From: Eledone cirrhosa
Taxonomy: Eukaryota
Length of the DNA stretch: 64,000 bases
Assembly (NCBI GenBank): GCA_964016885.1
Contig: OZ024755.1
Location: 18,352,001-18,416,000, forward strand
Direction of reading: 5' to 3'
This document shows positions 1-12,930 of this stretch, in pieces. Made by a program: the position numbers and the translations under genes. Numbering within the stretch: position 1 is the first letter of the stretch; every line of letters starts with the position of its first letter. The notes beneath the pieces were generated by a model. That model searched no databases. It saw only the letters and a list, made by a program, of their open reading frames with translations, and was not told where the DNA came from.

Positions 1-89
1 CTTTGTGTCTGTGTATATATACAGCATGTGTGTGGCGGTATATATAATGTATAGCATGTGTGTGTGTATATAATGTATAGCATGTATGC

Positions 90-126
<37 letters not shown>

Positions 127-600
127 GTATAGCATATGTGTTTATGTATAGCATGTGTATGTGTGTATATATAATATATAGCATTTGTGTGGGTATATAT
201 ACGGTATAGCATGTGTGTATATATATTATGTATAGCATATATATATATGTATATGTGTGTATATATAATATATAGCATGTGTGTGTGGGTATATATACGG
301 TATAGCATGTGTATATATATATTATGTATAGCATGTGTGTATATATATTATGTATAGCATCTATATATGTGTATATGTGTGCATATATAATATATAGCAT
401 GTGTGTGTGGATATATATTATGTATAGCATGTGTGTATATATATATAGCATCTATATATATGTGTATATGTGTGTATATATAATATATAGCATGTGTGTG
501 TGTGGGTATATATATACGGTATAGCATATGTGTATATATATTATGTATAGCATGTGTGTATATATATTATATATAGCATCTATATATATATGTATATGTA
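1..600. repeat. (TA)n/(TG)n compound microsatellite with a recurring tatagcatgtgt motif
   Basis: Low-complexity TA/TG runs; the 309..524 ORF is an artefact of them. Confidence 0.9.
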
Positions 601-723
601 AGGCTTATTAATTGAAAAATGACTGACTGAGAAACTAGAAATAAATCTGTAGTATACTTTGGGATTAAATTCTCAAGGGAAACATCTACTGAATAAGAAC
701 AAGAATACAATAAGGTGTTATTA

Positions 724-1048
724 TCATCATCATCATCATCATCATCATTTTACGTCCGCTTTTCCCTGCTTGCAAGGGTGGGACGGGAACTGATTCTGGC
801 TTGATTTCTACAGATGGATGCCCTTCCTAACACCAACCTCATTTACAGTGAGTGCTGGGTGCTTTTTTTTTCTGTGGCACCTACACGTCCACTTTGCAGT
901 GGAATGATAGGGACCCCAGTCCCTATCATCTCATTTCTACAGCTGAGTAAACTGGAGCAATGTGAAATAAAGTGTCTTGCTCAAGGAAACAACACATCAC
1001 CCAGTCTGAGAATTGAACTCACAACCTTTCGATTGCAAGGCCAATGCT
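724..1048 (-). mobile_element. tRNA-derived SINE family B (octopus OR-like), slightly 5'-truncated
   Basis: Near-identical to 51393-51733 and 54586-54921; B-box-like gagttcaattctc, central ccttgagcaagacactttatttcac, (GAT)n tail. Confidence 0.85.
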
Positions 1049-1163
1049 AGCTTATGTAAAATAGTTCTGTTAGATTTAACATGGTAGATTTTCAGATACA
1101 GGAGGGAGAAGACATTTCACTAACTCTTGTTTCATGGAGATTTGTTAATACTTTACATATGGA

Positions 1164-1353
1164 TTAACCCTTTAGAATTATCTCACCTTTTTCTGTTCAA
1201 ACTGGCCGTAACTGGCCGTTCATAATAACATCAAGTTATTGTTTTCAAAATATATAACATCAAAATCTCATAGATTCGATATTATATAAGATGAAGCCTT
1301 TACCACAAAAATACAATAGTATATATAGAGTAATGTAAATGCTAAAGGGTTAA
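1164..1353. mobile_element. piggyBac-like MITE, family 1
   Basis: TTAA|CCCTTTAG...CTAAAGGG|TTAA termini; the same internal sequence recurs six more times in the window. Confidence 0.8.
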
Positions 1354-1374
1354 GTCAATATACAGCTAGACTGA

Positions 1375-1850
1375 AAGGATTTGTTTGGGGTGTCTGATAT
1401 TTGATGGAATATATTTTCTGTGGCTACCTTAAAAGGTGGTTGGGGTTCTGATATTTGACGGAATATAGGTCTATGGGTACTTGAGAGAGTGGGAGTTGTC
1501 TGGTATTTGAGGGAATATATGCATATGGGTACCTGAAGGGTGGAAGATGTTTGGAATTTGATTGAATATAGGTCTGCAGGTACCTGAAAGGTGGAGGATG
1601 TCTGGTATTTGACAGAATATAGGTCTATGGGTACCTGAAGGGGTGAAGGAGTACCTGGTATTTGATGGAATATAATTTCTGTGGCTACCCAAAAAGGTGG
1701 AGGAGTGCCTAGTATTTGAGAGATTATAGGTCTTTGGGTACCTGAAAGGGTGAGGAATGTCTGGCAATTGAGGGATTATAGATCTGTAGGCACCTGAAAT
1801 GGTGTGGGAGTGCCTGGTACTTGATTGATAGAATATTGATCTGTGGGCAA
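1375..1850. repeat. Degenerate ~50-bp tandem repeat
   Basis: Recurring gggtacctgaaaggtggag..gtctggtatttga..gaatataggtctat units. Confidence 0.75.
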
Positions 1851-2097
1851 TGACAATATTTAAGTAGAATGTTTCAACAAAACTTCATATTTATTTTATC
1901 CCTTCTTCTACCAAGAACACTTCATAATGTTGATAAAAGGGTATTAATTTAGTGGTGCAAACAGGACTCAAGAGAAGAGGGGGAAGACAAATACGTTGAC
2001 ATGGGCCTATGATCTTGATGGGGCTCACTGTTCTAAGGTTCTAGCTTTTCACATTAATTCACTATATTTTGGAAACCTTGTTGTAAACAGATACTGA

Positions 2098-4268
2098 TAA
2101 TCTTCAGTTCACCTGAGAATATTGATTTCTTCAGTTCACCTGAGAATATTGATTTCTTTAGTTCACCTGAGAATATTGATCTCTTCAGTTCACTTGAGAA
2201 TATTGATCTCTTCAGTTCACTTGAGAATGTCGATTTCTTCAGTTCACCTGGGAATGTCGATTTCTTCAGTTCACCTGGGAATGTTGATTTCTTCAGTTCA
2301 CCTGGGAATGTTGATTTCTTCAGTTCACCTGAGAATGTTGATTTCTTCAGTTCACCTGAAAATGTTGATTTTTTTAGTTCACCTGAGAATGTTGATTTCT
2401 TCAGTTCACCTGAGGATATTGATTTCTTCGGTTCACATGAGAATATTGATTTCTTCGGTTCACCTGAGAATATTGATTTCTTCAGTTCACCTGGGAATGT
2501 CGATTTCTTCAGTTCACCTGGGAATGTTGATTTCTTCAGTTCACCTGAGAATGTTGATTTCTTCAGTTCAGCTGAAAATGTTGATTTTTTTAGTTCACCT
2601 GAGAATGTTGATTTCTTCAGTTCACCTGAGAATATTGATTTCTTCAGTTCACCTGAGAATGTTGATTTCTTCAGTTCACCTGAGAATGTCGAATTCTTCT
2701 GTTCACCTGAGAATATTGATCTCTTCAGTTCACCTGAGAATGTTGATTTCTTCAGTTCACCTGAGAATGTTGATTTCTTCAGTTCACCTGAGAATGTTGA
2801 TTTCTTCAGTTCACCTGAGAATGTTGATTTCTTCAGTTCACCTAAGAATATTGATCTCTTCAGTTCACCTAAGAATATTGATCTCTTGAGTTCACCTAAG
2901 AATATTGATCTCTTTGGTTCACCTGAGAATGTTGATTTCTTCGGTTCACCTGAGAATATTGATTTCTTCGGTTCACCTGAGAATATTGATTTCTTCGGTT
3001 CACCTGAGAATATTGATTTCTTCGGTTCACCTGAGAATATTGATTTCTTCGGTTCACCTGAGAATATTGATTTCTTCGGTTCACCTGAGAATATTGATTT
3101 CTTCGGTTCACCTGAGAATATTGATTTCTTCGGTTCACCTGAGAATATTGATTTCTTCGGTTTACCTGAGAATATTGATTTCTTCGGTTCACCTGAGAAT
3201 ATTGATTTCTTCGGTTCACATGAGAATATTGATTTCTTCGGTTCACATGAGAATATTGATTTCTTCGGTTCACCTGAGAATGTTGATTTCTTCAGTTCAC
3301 CTGAGAATATTGATTTCTTCAGTTCACCTGAGAATGTTGATTTCTTCAGTTCACCTGAGAATATTGATTTCTTCAGTTCACCTGAGAATGTTGATTTCTT
3401 CAGTTCACCTGAGAATATTGATCTCTTCAGTTCACCTGAGGATATTGATTTCTTCAGTTCACCTGAGAATGTTGATTTCTTCAGTTCACCTGAGGATATT
3501 GATTTCTTCAGTTCACCTGAGAATGTTGATTTCTTCAGTTCACCTGAGAATGTTGATTTCTTTAGTTCACCTGAGAATGTTGATTTCTTTAGTTCACCTG
3601 AGAATGTTGATTTCTTCAGTTCACCTGAGGATATTGATTTCTTCAGTTCACCTGAGAATGTTGATTTCTTCAGTTCACCTGAGAATGTTGATTTCTTCAG
3701 TTCACCTGAGAATATTGATTTCTTCGGTTCACCTGAGAATATTGATTTCTTTAGTTCACATGAGAATATTGATTTCTTTAGTTCACATGAGAATATTGAT
3801 TTCTTCAGTTCACATGAGAATATTGATTTCTTCAGTTCACCTGAGAATATTGATCTCTTCAGTTCACTTGAGAATATTGATTTCTTTAGTTCACATGAGA
3901 ATATTGTTTTCTTTAGTTCACATGAGAATATTGATTTCTTCAGTTCACCTGAGAATATTGATTTTTTCAGTTCACCTGAGAATATGGATTTCTTCAGTTC
4001 ACCTGAGAATATGGATTTCTTCAGTTCACCTGAGAATATGGATTTCTTCAGTTCACCTGAGAATATGGATTTCTTCAGTTCACCTGAGAATATGGATTTC
4101 TTCAGTTTACCTGAGAATATTGATGTCTTCAGTTCACCTGAGAATGTTGATTTCTTCAGTTCACCTGAGAATGTTGATTTCTTCAGTTCACCTGAGAATG
4201 TTGATTTCTTCAGTTCACCCAAGAATATTGATTTCTTTAGTTCACATGAGAATATTGATTTCTTCAGA
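2098..4268. repeat. 27-bp minisatellite, ~80 copies (ttcttcagttcacctgagaat[a/g]ttgat)
   Basis: Directly visible 27-nt period; gives 9-aa repeat ORFs on both strands. Confidence 0.97.
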
Positions 4269-5734
4269 ATTATTGCAGTCTAAGAAAACAGTTGAAGTTG
4301 AACTTTATAGAATTGGGAAAAAATGATACACTCTAATACAGAATCTAAAATAAAACTTTGATGAGTTGTAGTTCACCTGAGCACTGTACACAATAATTTC
4401 ATTTTATTATTTCTTACTTGCAGAGGTAAACAATTAACAATGATCAGTTTGAAAGCCACCTCTCGAAATATTTGACAACATTAAAAAAGGAAGAAGCAAC
4501 AGCATCTCCATATAAATACCTTGTATAAACACTAAATGTAATCAGACATCTATTTCATGTTCAGTAAGAAATATATTTTGCTCAGGGGTGATATTATTGT
4601 GTAAAACAAATAATCTGAACAGATAATCTGTAGAACTAATCTATAGAAATAATTAAGTTGAGCATCTAAAAACATCCAGATGTGTGGAGAACCATGTGCC
4701 ATGTAATAATCAGCTTATCTGCTGTCTTCTGCCTCGGTCACACACATGCACGCGTGTACAAACACAACATTATATAAAAATTAAACTCAAAAGTGTGTAA
4801 ATTTTTTCTTCTTTTGTTCTACTATTTAGCAGAAGTGTACGAATATAAAAAGACGTCTTCAATAAAAATAAATATTATAATAGAAAATAAATCTTTCATC
4901 AATAAAGCAAAACTAAATTTAAGAGAATATTATGTAGAGTTTTTAACAAGTCTGATTGATGAGTTAGTTATTACTTTTAAAAAAAAAACTCACTGTATTG
5001 GAAATCTAAGTAGGTTTATAACTCTCAGCAAAATTAGACAGAATGGGCAATAAATAAAGGAATAAAAAACAAATAGTCAACATACCAAAACAAAATAGTA
5101 TTTCAGTGGCCAAGTGGTATTCAGATAAATACCATCAATAGATTAGAAACTTTCCCGGCTTTAGATATAGTGCAACTCTTTTAACTGAACTACAAATCAA
5201 CCAAGGGTGTTTGCAAACCTTGCAAAACCCCACCCAATCTCAGAGGTAGAATCCAAAAAAGCTGAACTTGTAGCTACTTCTACAGCAATGTGTAAGATGA
5301 CCCAATGTATTAGTTGCAAACCTTGCAAACCACACACAATCTCAGAGGTAAAATCTAATAGTATGTGTTCCAAAAAAGCTGAACTGGTGGCTACTTCTGT
5401 ATCCAGATGACTCAATGTATTATATCTAGTTAGTTGTTAACTCCACAATAATAAACAGCCAAGTGAAATATAAAGGTGTGAGCCTGAGCTGGTATGTAAA
5501 AAAAATCCAAGTGCTTTATAACAAAAAACAAAAACCATGTTAAATAGGAATCAATATATCCAAGCTGGGAGATTATTTGTCTGAATGAAAGTAGATTCCA
5601 TAAATCAATAGAAATTAATGAACTGTAGAGGAGCCAGGCAACAAGTATAAACAAGTATTAATTATATGGAATGAAAAGAGGAGGAATACACAAAAGGAGA
5701 CTGCATAAAATATTTAGAAAATGAATATAGGCAT

Positions 5735-6212
5735 GATGATGATGATGGTCATGTGATGATGAGGATGGTCATGATGATGATGATGGTGGGCAGTGGTGGT
5801 GATGGTGGTGGCAGTTATGATGTTGGTAGTCATGATGATAGTGGTCATGATAATAGTGGTGGTGGTGGTGATGGTGGTGTTGATGATGATGATGGTGGTG
5901 GTGGGCAGTGGTGGTGATGGTGGTGGCAGTTATGATGTTGGTAGTCATGATGATAGTGGTCATGATAATAGTGGTGGTGGTGATGGTGGTGTTGATGATG
6001 ATGGTGGTGGTGGTGGGCAGTGGTGGTGATGGTGGTGGCAGTTATGATGTTGGTAGTCATGATGATGGTGGTCATGATAATAGTGGTGGTGATGATGATG
6101 ATGATGATGGTGGTGGTGGGCAGTGGTGGTGATGGTGGTGGCAGTCGTGATGTTGGTAGTCATGATGATAGTGGTCATGATAATAGTGGTGGTGGTGATG
6201 ATGATGATGATG
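5735..6212. repeat. (GAT/GGT)n triplet repeat with a ~105-115-bp higher-order unit, ~4 copies
   Basis: The block gggcagtggtggtgatggtggtggcagttatgatgttggtagtcatgatg recurs four times. Confidence 0.9.
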
Positions 6213-6285
6213 TAAATATTTTTCAGAATGAGAGTGTACCTTCCACTATATTACTTTTTAATTTAGGGTTTGATGCAAAATAATA

Positions 6286-6627
6286 TCTATTATCTATATA
6301 TCTAAAACAGAGAATGTCTGTCCATCTATCTGACTCCCTAAAACTTTGGAACCACCCAACCGATATTTTTCAAACTTTACACATGTAATACTTATGGTCC
6401 TGTGAGAATTTTGAGCAAAAAATATTTTAAATTTTCAAATGCCCTAGGGACCGCATTAGGCGCCGTTTAGCGATCTCTCTATAATTCTTAGTCTATCTTT
6501 TTAGATAGATACATAGCTACCACATCGCGCCCTCATAATATCTGTCTGTATGTCTGGCTGTCTGCATTATGACTGACATTATGACGCTATCTGTGTGTGT
6601 GTGTGTGTGTGTGTATATGCATATATA

Positions 6628-6699
<72 letters not shown>

Positions 6700-7278
6700 T
6701 GTAATGTTTTTCGAAATATTTACTTCTGCGTTCACAGATTGATTTTTTTAGTTTCAGAAGATCCCGTTAAGGGTGAAAGCAGCGATTCTTCGCTTAAACT
6801 TTAATCTGTTATTTTAATATATATATTAAACGTGGTTGGTGTTAGGAAGGGCATCCAGCCGTAGAAAACCCGCCAGACAGTCCTATACGAGCAAGACGAC
6901 CAATCTTGCCTCAAGTGGGAAAATTCCCGTCCAAACCCATGCAAGCATGGAAGATGGACATTAAACGATGATGTTGATGATATAATTATATATTTGTGTA
7001 CAGATATTTTTGCATACACAATAACAAAATATAAAGAAACATATTTATTTCACGAGGCTCAACAGCAGCAAAAACAACAACAAAAAAGAGAGGGAATCAA
7101 TTACATGCTTTTGAAAAATCTTAATGGAAAATTATTTGCCTATTCTCTCAAGGCGGCTTCACTTTTTATTAGGACTTCTGCATCAATTGACGAACATACG
7201 ACGAAACTGTTTCAGAAGGAGGGATAAACATGCCAATCTATGTTTAGAATCCCGAGCAACGCCGGGCCATTCTGCTAG
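6286..7278 (+). mobile_element. Non-autonomous Helitron-like element with nested insertions
   Basis: 5' a|TCTAT...aaaacagagaatgtctgtc; 3' GC hairpin cccgagcaacgccggg followed by CTAG|t. Confidence 0.65.
6830..6980 (+). mobile_element. SINE/LINE-tail family C fragment
   Basis: ggttggtgttaggaagggcatccagc...catgcaagcatgg...(GAT)n; matches 56745-57000. Confidence 0.75.
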
Positions 7279-7361
7279 TTTAACTCAAAAGACATATTTC
7301 AATGAGCCAAAGATAGCATTTCCAGGTTTAAGTAATATAAAAATATTTAGCAACATAAAAT

Positions 7362-7535
7362 AATTGTTTTTTATTTTTGGCACAAGGCTAGCAATTACCC
7401 CAGTGCATTACTGGTGTTTTATTTTATCGACCCTGTAAGGATGAAAGGCAAAGTTAACCTCGGCGGGATTTGAACTCAGAACGTAAAGGGTCATAACTAT
7501 GCTGCTAAGCATGGTGTCTGATGCAACCCACCACT
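7362..7535 (-). mobile_element. tRNA-derived SINE family A (octopus OK-like)
   Basis: Reverse complement of gagttcaaatcccgccgaggttaactttgcctttcatccttac.gggtcgataaaataaa...ccttgtgcc; more than 25 related pieces in the window. Confidence 0.85.
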
Positions 7536-8071
7536 CTAACAATATAAATAACAATATCAAAAATCTATTATTTAACCTAAAAGACATATTTCAAAGAGCC
7601 AAAGATAGCATTTCCGGATTTAAGTAATATAAAAATACATAATTTTCAAACATGATTGAATGCTTTTCAAATTACATAATTGATTCAACACCCAGTTTTC
7701 TATTCTTTCATCAGCAAGGCAGACTTATTCAATACAGACTGTATATTTATTATTTAAAACCAAGCTAGTGGTTCTAGATGTTTGCTCTTTGAACAAAAAC
7801 CAGTTAGCTGATTGTACAATTAACTAATATTTTCTACAGGTAAACCTTGGCTTATGTTGTTTCGAATTTCGTCATTTTCGAAGTTATGGCAAAAATAAAC
7901 CTTGTGTTATGATGACTGACACAACTTTGTCGGTTTGCCAAAAATATTAAAACAATAAAAACATATAAAATCACATTTAAATAAATGCTAAAATTTACAG
8001 CATAAAGTAATGGAGGGAATACTTTTTTGTAGTTTATAGGGGAGTTAATTCGACATTCATCATTTGTCAAC

Positions 8072-8290
8072 TTAACCCATTAGCATTTACATTACTCTAT
8101 ATTTACTATTATATTTTCACTGTAAAGGCTTTACCTCACATAATTATCTCGCATAATATTGAAGCTATGAGATTTTGATATTATTTATTTTGAGAACAAT
8201 ACCTTAACATAAACATGAGTAGCTGGTTTGAACAGAAAGAGGTGAGAGAATTCTGGATGGATATGATTGGTCTAAATGCTAAAGGGCTAA
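8072..8290. mobile_element. piggyBac-like MITE, family 1
   Basis: TTAA-CCCaTTAGCATTTA...TAAATGCTAAAGGG-cTAA. Confidence 0.8.
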
Positions 8291-8474
8291 GTTTTGACTT
8301 CCGGAACCAATTCACGATGTAGAGTGAGGTATTCCTGTATTTATGTTTTGTATAAATGTTATCTATTCTGTTGTCTATTATACTTAAAAATAACAAAATG
8401 GGGTTTTGCATCTGACTATAGGAAAACTGCCTGAAAAAGTCTCATGTAACCTACAACAGTATGGAACAGTGGCT

Positions 8475-8507
<33 letters not shown>

Positions 8508-9100
8508 AACTTTAAACATGAAGGCTCCAGATAAAGGGCAGCCACACATTCTGGATGTTTATAAATAACTTAATTAAACAATATCAATGTATGATGTTAA
8601 TGAAGGGATGGAAGGGCTGCTTCACAATGGCCAAATTAACTGTGTCTCGGGAGGAGTTATATGGGGAGGAAGGGTTGCTGGGCAATGGTTGATTAACTGG
8701 GTCTGGGGAGAAGTTATATGGGGAGGAAAGGGTTGCTTCACAACAGGCAAAATTAATTGGATCTGGGGAGGAGTCATCATAACAATGGTGACAATACTAC
8801 AATACTGAGTCGCATTGAATGGTGCCATAACTGATTTGTATAGCAATCTGTACAGGAAACACAATATTTTCCTATAATGGAGGCAAGGCTGAGGAGTGTC
8901 AGAACATATCTGAACACATATAAGTCAGCACTAATTTCTTCTGGGATTTCTGACACTTTAACTTGAAATCACAATATTACAGTTCACGTGGCACCACAAG
9001 GCCTGTATAGAAGTCTTGGCATAATAAGGGATATGGCATATCATTCATTAACCTTTTGGAACCATATTTCTAATGACATACACTATATTTCAATTAATTA

Positions 9101-9287
9101 ATTGTTTCTACTTTAGGCACAAGGCCAGCAATTACCCAGTTCATTACTGGTACTTTATTTTATCGACCCCGTAAGGATGAAAGGCAAAGTCAACCTCGGC
9201 GGGATTTGAACTCAGATCGTGAAAGGACGTAACTATGCTGGAAAGCATGGCGTCCGACCCTCTACCGATACTGCCAATCCACCGCCC
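9101..9287 (-). mobile_element. SINE family A, full length with TSD
   Basis: Intact tRNA-like head; flanked by the duplication tatatttcaattaatta. Confidence 0.9.
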
Positions 9288-9554
9288 TTATATTTCAATT
9301 AATTAATGAAGAAATTTTAGGGATTTACTAAAAATATTGTCTCATTACTTAGTAACTTCACTAAAAGTTTTTATAAAAGATTATGTTGGAAGGCTTTAAT
9401 TTAAATAGGAACCCTTTAAAATGGAAGAACCAGAAGTAGTCGATACTGGGTTGGTACCATAAGATGGTTCTATGTATTTAGATTTCCTTAAACTTCAGTT
9501 GACATTGAGACAAACAAAACTTGCACAACATTTCTAGTCCAATAATAAGAACTA

Positions 9555-9890
9555 TGTTAACACATTAAGTTAACACACTATTTCTAGTTTGTGTTAACAC
9601 ATCAAGTTAACAAAACATTTTTAGTTCACTATTAAGAAATGTGTTAACACAACGAGTTAACACAATATTTCTAGTCTGTATTAACATATCAACTTAACAC
9701 AGTATTTCTAGTCTGTGTTAAGATATCAACTTAACACAGTATTTCTAGTCTGTGTTAACACATCAACTTAACACAGTATTTCTAGTCAGTGTTAACATAT
9801 CAACTTAACACAGTATTTCTAGTCTGTGTTAACACATCAAGTTAACACAGTATTTCTAGTCTGTGTTAACACATCAAGTTAACACAGTAT
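9555..9890. repeat. 37-bp minisatellite with an internally palindromic unit
   Basis: Unit ttaacacagtatttctagtctgtgttaacacatcaac, ~8-9 copies. Confidence 0.85.
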
Positions 9891-10109
9891 GCACCATAAC
9901 AAACAAACTGACAAACAGGAAAGTGTGACATCAGTGGGATAAAATATTGCATCAAAATGCTGGATTGTCAAATAAAAGAATTCAGTGACAGAGAGAGAGA
10001 GACAGGAAGGTGACAACAGATCTGATGGTGTGAAATTGAAGTGTGTAAGATGGAGAATGAAAAACTACTGTGACAAATAGAGAAGTAACAGGAAATAGTT
10101 ACAAAGACT

Positions 10110-10586
10110 CAAATATATACATATACACATATATACACACATATATATACATACACACATATATACATGTATATACATGTATATACATACACACATATGT
10201 ATATACATACTCACATATATACATGTATATATACATGTATATACATGTATATATACATATATACATGTATATATACACATATACATGTATACATACACAT
10301 ATACATGTATACACACACATATACATGTATACACATATACATGTCTATGTATATACATGTCTATGTATATACATGTGTATGTGTATACATATATATGTAT
10401 ATACATGTATATACATACATACATATAGACATGTATATACATACATACATATAGACATATATATACATACATACATACAGACATGTATATACATACATAC
10501 ACACATATAGACATGTATATACATACATACATACATACACACATATAGACATGTATATACATACATACACATATATATATATATAT
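10110..10586. repeat. (TA/CA)n compound microsatellite
   Basis: atatacat/acacat runs; source of many spurious ORFs. Confidence 0.9.
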
Positions 10587-11827
10587 CTCAACCTCAAATA
10601 TATAAAATATGTGACAAATGCAACTTATCATTGCAGTATGTAGAAATGGAATGTATTTGGGGTTTTCAAATCTAGAAAGAGAGGTGGTGGCAATGAAGTA
10701 ATGTTGGTTTGTGCAGAGAGATAAGCTGGCTGTGTCAGGACTAGCAAAAAAAAAAAAAAAATTATAGTAATGGCTCTAGTGTCCACCATGAAGTAAGAAA
10801 ACTGGTATTTTGTGAAAATTTAGAGTGCTATAATTCATTGAAGCCAGTTCATGTTTGGGTTTAGATTCTAAATTGGAGGTATTTTATGTCATTCATTCTG
10901 TTAATGCTCTTGAGAAAAGACATGTATTTCTCTATACTTCTCTCTTCTCTTTCCTCTATAATTAAGACCTAATAAAAACGAAACTGTTCATTCCCTCAGC
11001 AGTTAATTAAAATAAATACTGGCTATATAATACGATCAATTCAATGGACATTATGTTTGTAATGATGTGTTAATTAATACTCAAAATCAATATCTTAAAG
11101 TTAGAAAAGTAAAAAAAAAAATACTTATCGTTAAGTTATACTATTAATTTACAAGAATATAATTAAGGCTATGTAACAATAATCAGTATAGAACAATTGT
11201 TAGGTGTGGTACTTGAATATATCAACTAGGCTACATGTTAATATCCACTCACTTCTATGTAAGACAAATTGATTTCTATTCTTTTTCTCTTCTATTCCAA
11301 GCTTTCTTTCTTAAGACTACGTAAATTTCTTTGCCATTTCTCCACACCTTCTATGGCAGATTGCCGAAACATTAGCAAATGATCGAAACTGTAAGGAGGA
11401 AGTAATAATGAACACTGAAGCTCATGCTTTGTTTCTTAGGAAGTCATAAGAAGTCGTAAGTATAATCTTTCCTCAGCTGGTTAACTATTGATAATTCAAC
11501 TACAGTATGACAGTGACCTCAGCTGGCTAGCTCTGGGTAACTATTAATAGGTCAACCACAATGAAAGAAAGTGACCTTACCTGGGTAACTATCGATTGTT
11601 CAACTATTGTACAACACTGACCTCAGCTGGGTAGTTGATAGATCAACTACAGTGATAGAAAGTGATTGAAAAAATAATTTCAATGTTTCCCTGTTAATTT
11701 TAGCTCTCTGGATTTGTTTATGTCATTTTTTCTTGATATATTAAAAGGTAAGTACCTATTGTTTATGAAACAACACTAGGTTCATCGTAGAGGTATGGAT
11801 CACACACTTTGTGTACGAAACAAGAAT

Positions 11828-12219
11828 AATGGACATTCCAATAATCTCTTTATGGAATTTAACCCTAAAAATGGACATTCCAATGGCCTTGATTCTTTAT
11901 GGAATTTAACCCTAAAAATGGACATTCCAATGGCCTTGACTCTTTATGGAATTTAACCCTAAAAATGGACATTCCAATGGCCTTGACTCTTTATGGAATT
12001 TAACCCTAAAAATGGACATTCCAATGGCCTTGACTCTTTATGGAATTTAACCCTAAAAATGGACATTCCAATGGCCTTGACTCTTTATGGAATTTAACCC
12101 TAAAAATGGACATTCCAATGGCCTTGACTCTTTATGGAATTTAACCCTAAAAATGGACATTCCAATGGCCTTGACTCTTTATGGAATTTAACCCTAAAAA
12201 TGGAATTTAACCCTAAAAA
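11828..12219. repeat. 47-bp minisatellite, ~8 near-perfect copies
   Basis: Unit atggacattccaatggccttgactctttatggaatttaaccctaaaa (starts at 11871, 11918...). Confidence 0.92.
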
Positions 12220-12707
12220 TTCTGGACTGATAAATAAACCAATTTTAACAATAATCCAGGAAAAGGAGATATGACTAATTCTACTTCAGGTATTTTGAAG
12301 AATCGTTTTTGCAAAGCAGTTAATTCTACACAGCCACCATTACATGGTAGAAAGAACTGACACAGATACATCTAGCAAGAGAAACATGGTAACAAGGTAC
12401 AGAAGAATTAAACAGAATTATCAAGATCTCTTGTTATTTTAGCATTACATTAATGAGAATAACATACCATTCTCCTGAATCAATATAGATAATATACGGT
12501 TGACTGAATCAAGATATCAAACACCCAGATTAGAGGTTTGTGGTTGACATTGAACTGTGTTTGAATTCTGTGACTAAAGTACTGAATACTCTAATTACCA
12601 AGGTCACCCATATAAAGCAGGATAAGAACAACTTGCTTCTGTAAATGGCAACAGTAGCAGCATCTTTGAGTATTGAGTATTATTATCATTATTATTATTA
12701 TTATTAA

Positions 12708-12930
12708 GGGCGGTGGATTGGCAGTATCCTATCGGTAGAGAGTCAGACGCTATGCTTTGCAGCATAGAGTTACGGCCCTTTATGATCAGAGTTCAAATCC
12801 CACCGAGGTTAACTTTGCCTTTCATCCTTACGGGGGTCGATAAAATAAAGTACCAGTCATGCATTGGGGTTGATTTAATCAACTTTCCCCTCTCTCCTGG
12901 CCTTGTGCCTATAGTAGAAATCATTATTAT
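12708..12930 (+). mobile_element. SINE family A
   Basis: gggcggtggattggcagtatc...gagttcaaatcccaccgaggttaactttgcctttcatcc. Confidence 0.85.

Noticed and set aside
2098-4268. CRISPR-like regular repeats (also 11828-12219, 21185-21900, 27086-27893, 39562-40270)
   Set aside because: Units are contiguous with no unique spacers, there are no cas genes and the context is eukaryotic: these are minisatellites.
2122-4326. Plus-strand long ORFs (ISSVHLRIL / FFSSPENID repeats)
   Set aside because: By-products of a 27-bp unit lacking stops; no credible start or splice context.
5769-6283. His-rich and Val/Met-rich ORFs
   Set aside because: Translations of (GAT/GGT)n triplet repeats.
8960-9010. Minus-strand IQALWCHVN resembling the expected SH3 motif AEALWDHVT
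   Set aside because: A stop follows within a few codons and no other SH3 motifs (ELxF, WW) are present; chance match.
11290-11388. Strong-looking minus-strand acceptor (ttcctccttacag)
   Set aside because: The phase-0 frame stops after 23 codons, there is no good donor and no recognisable protein similarity.
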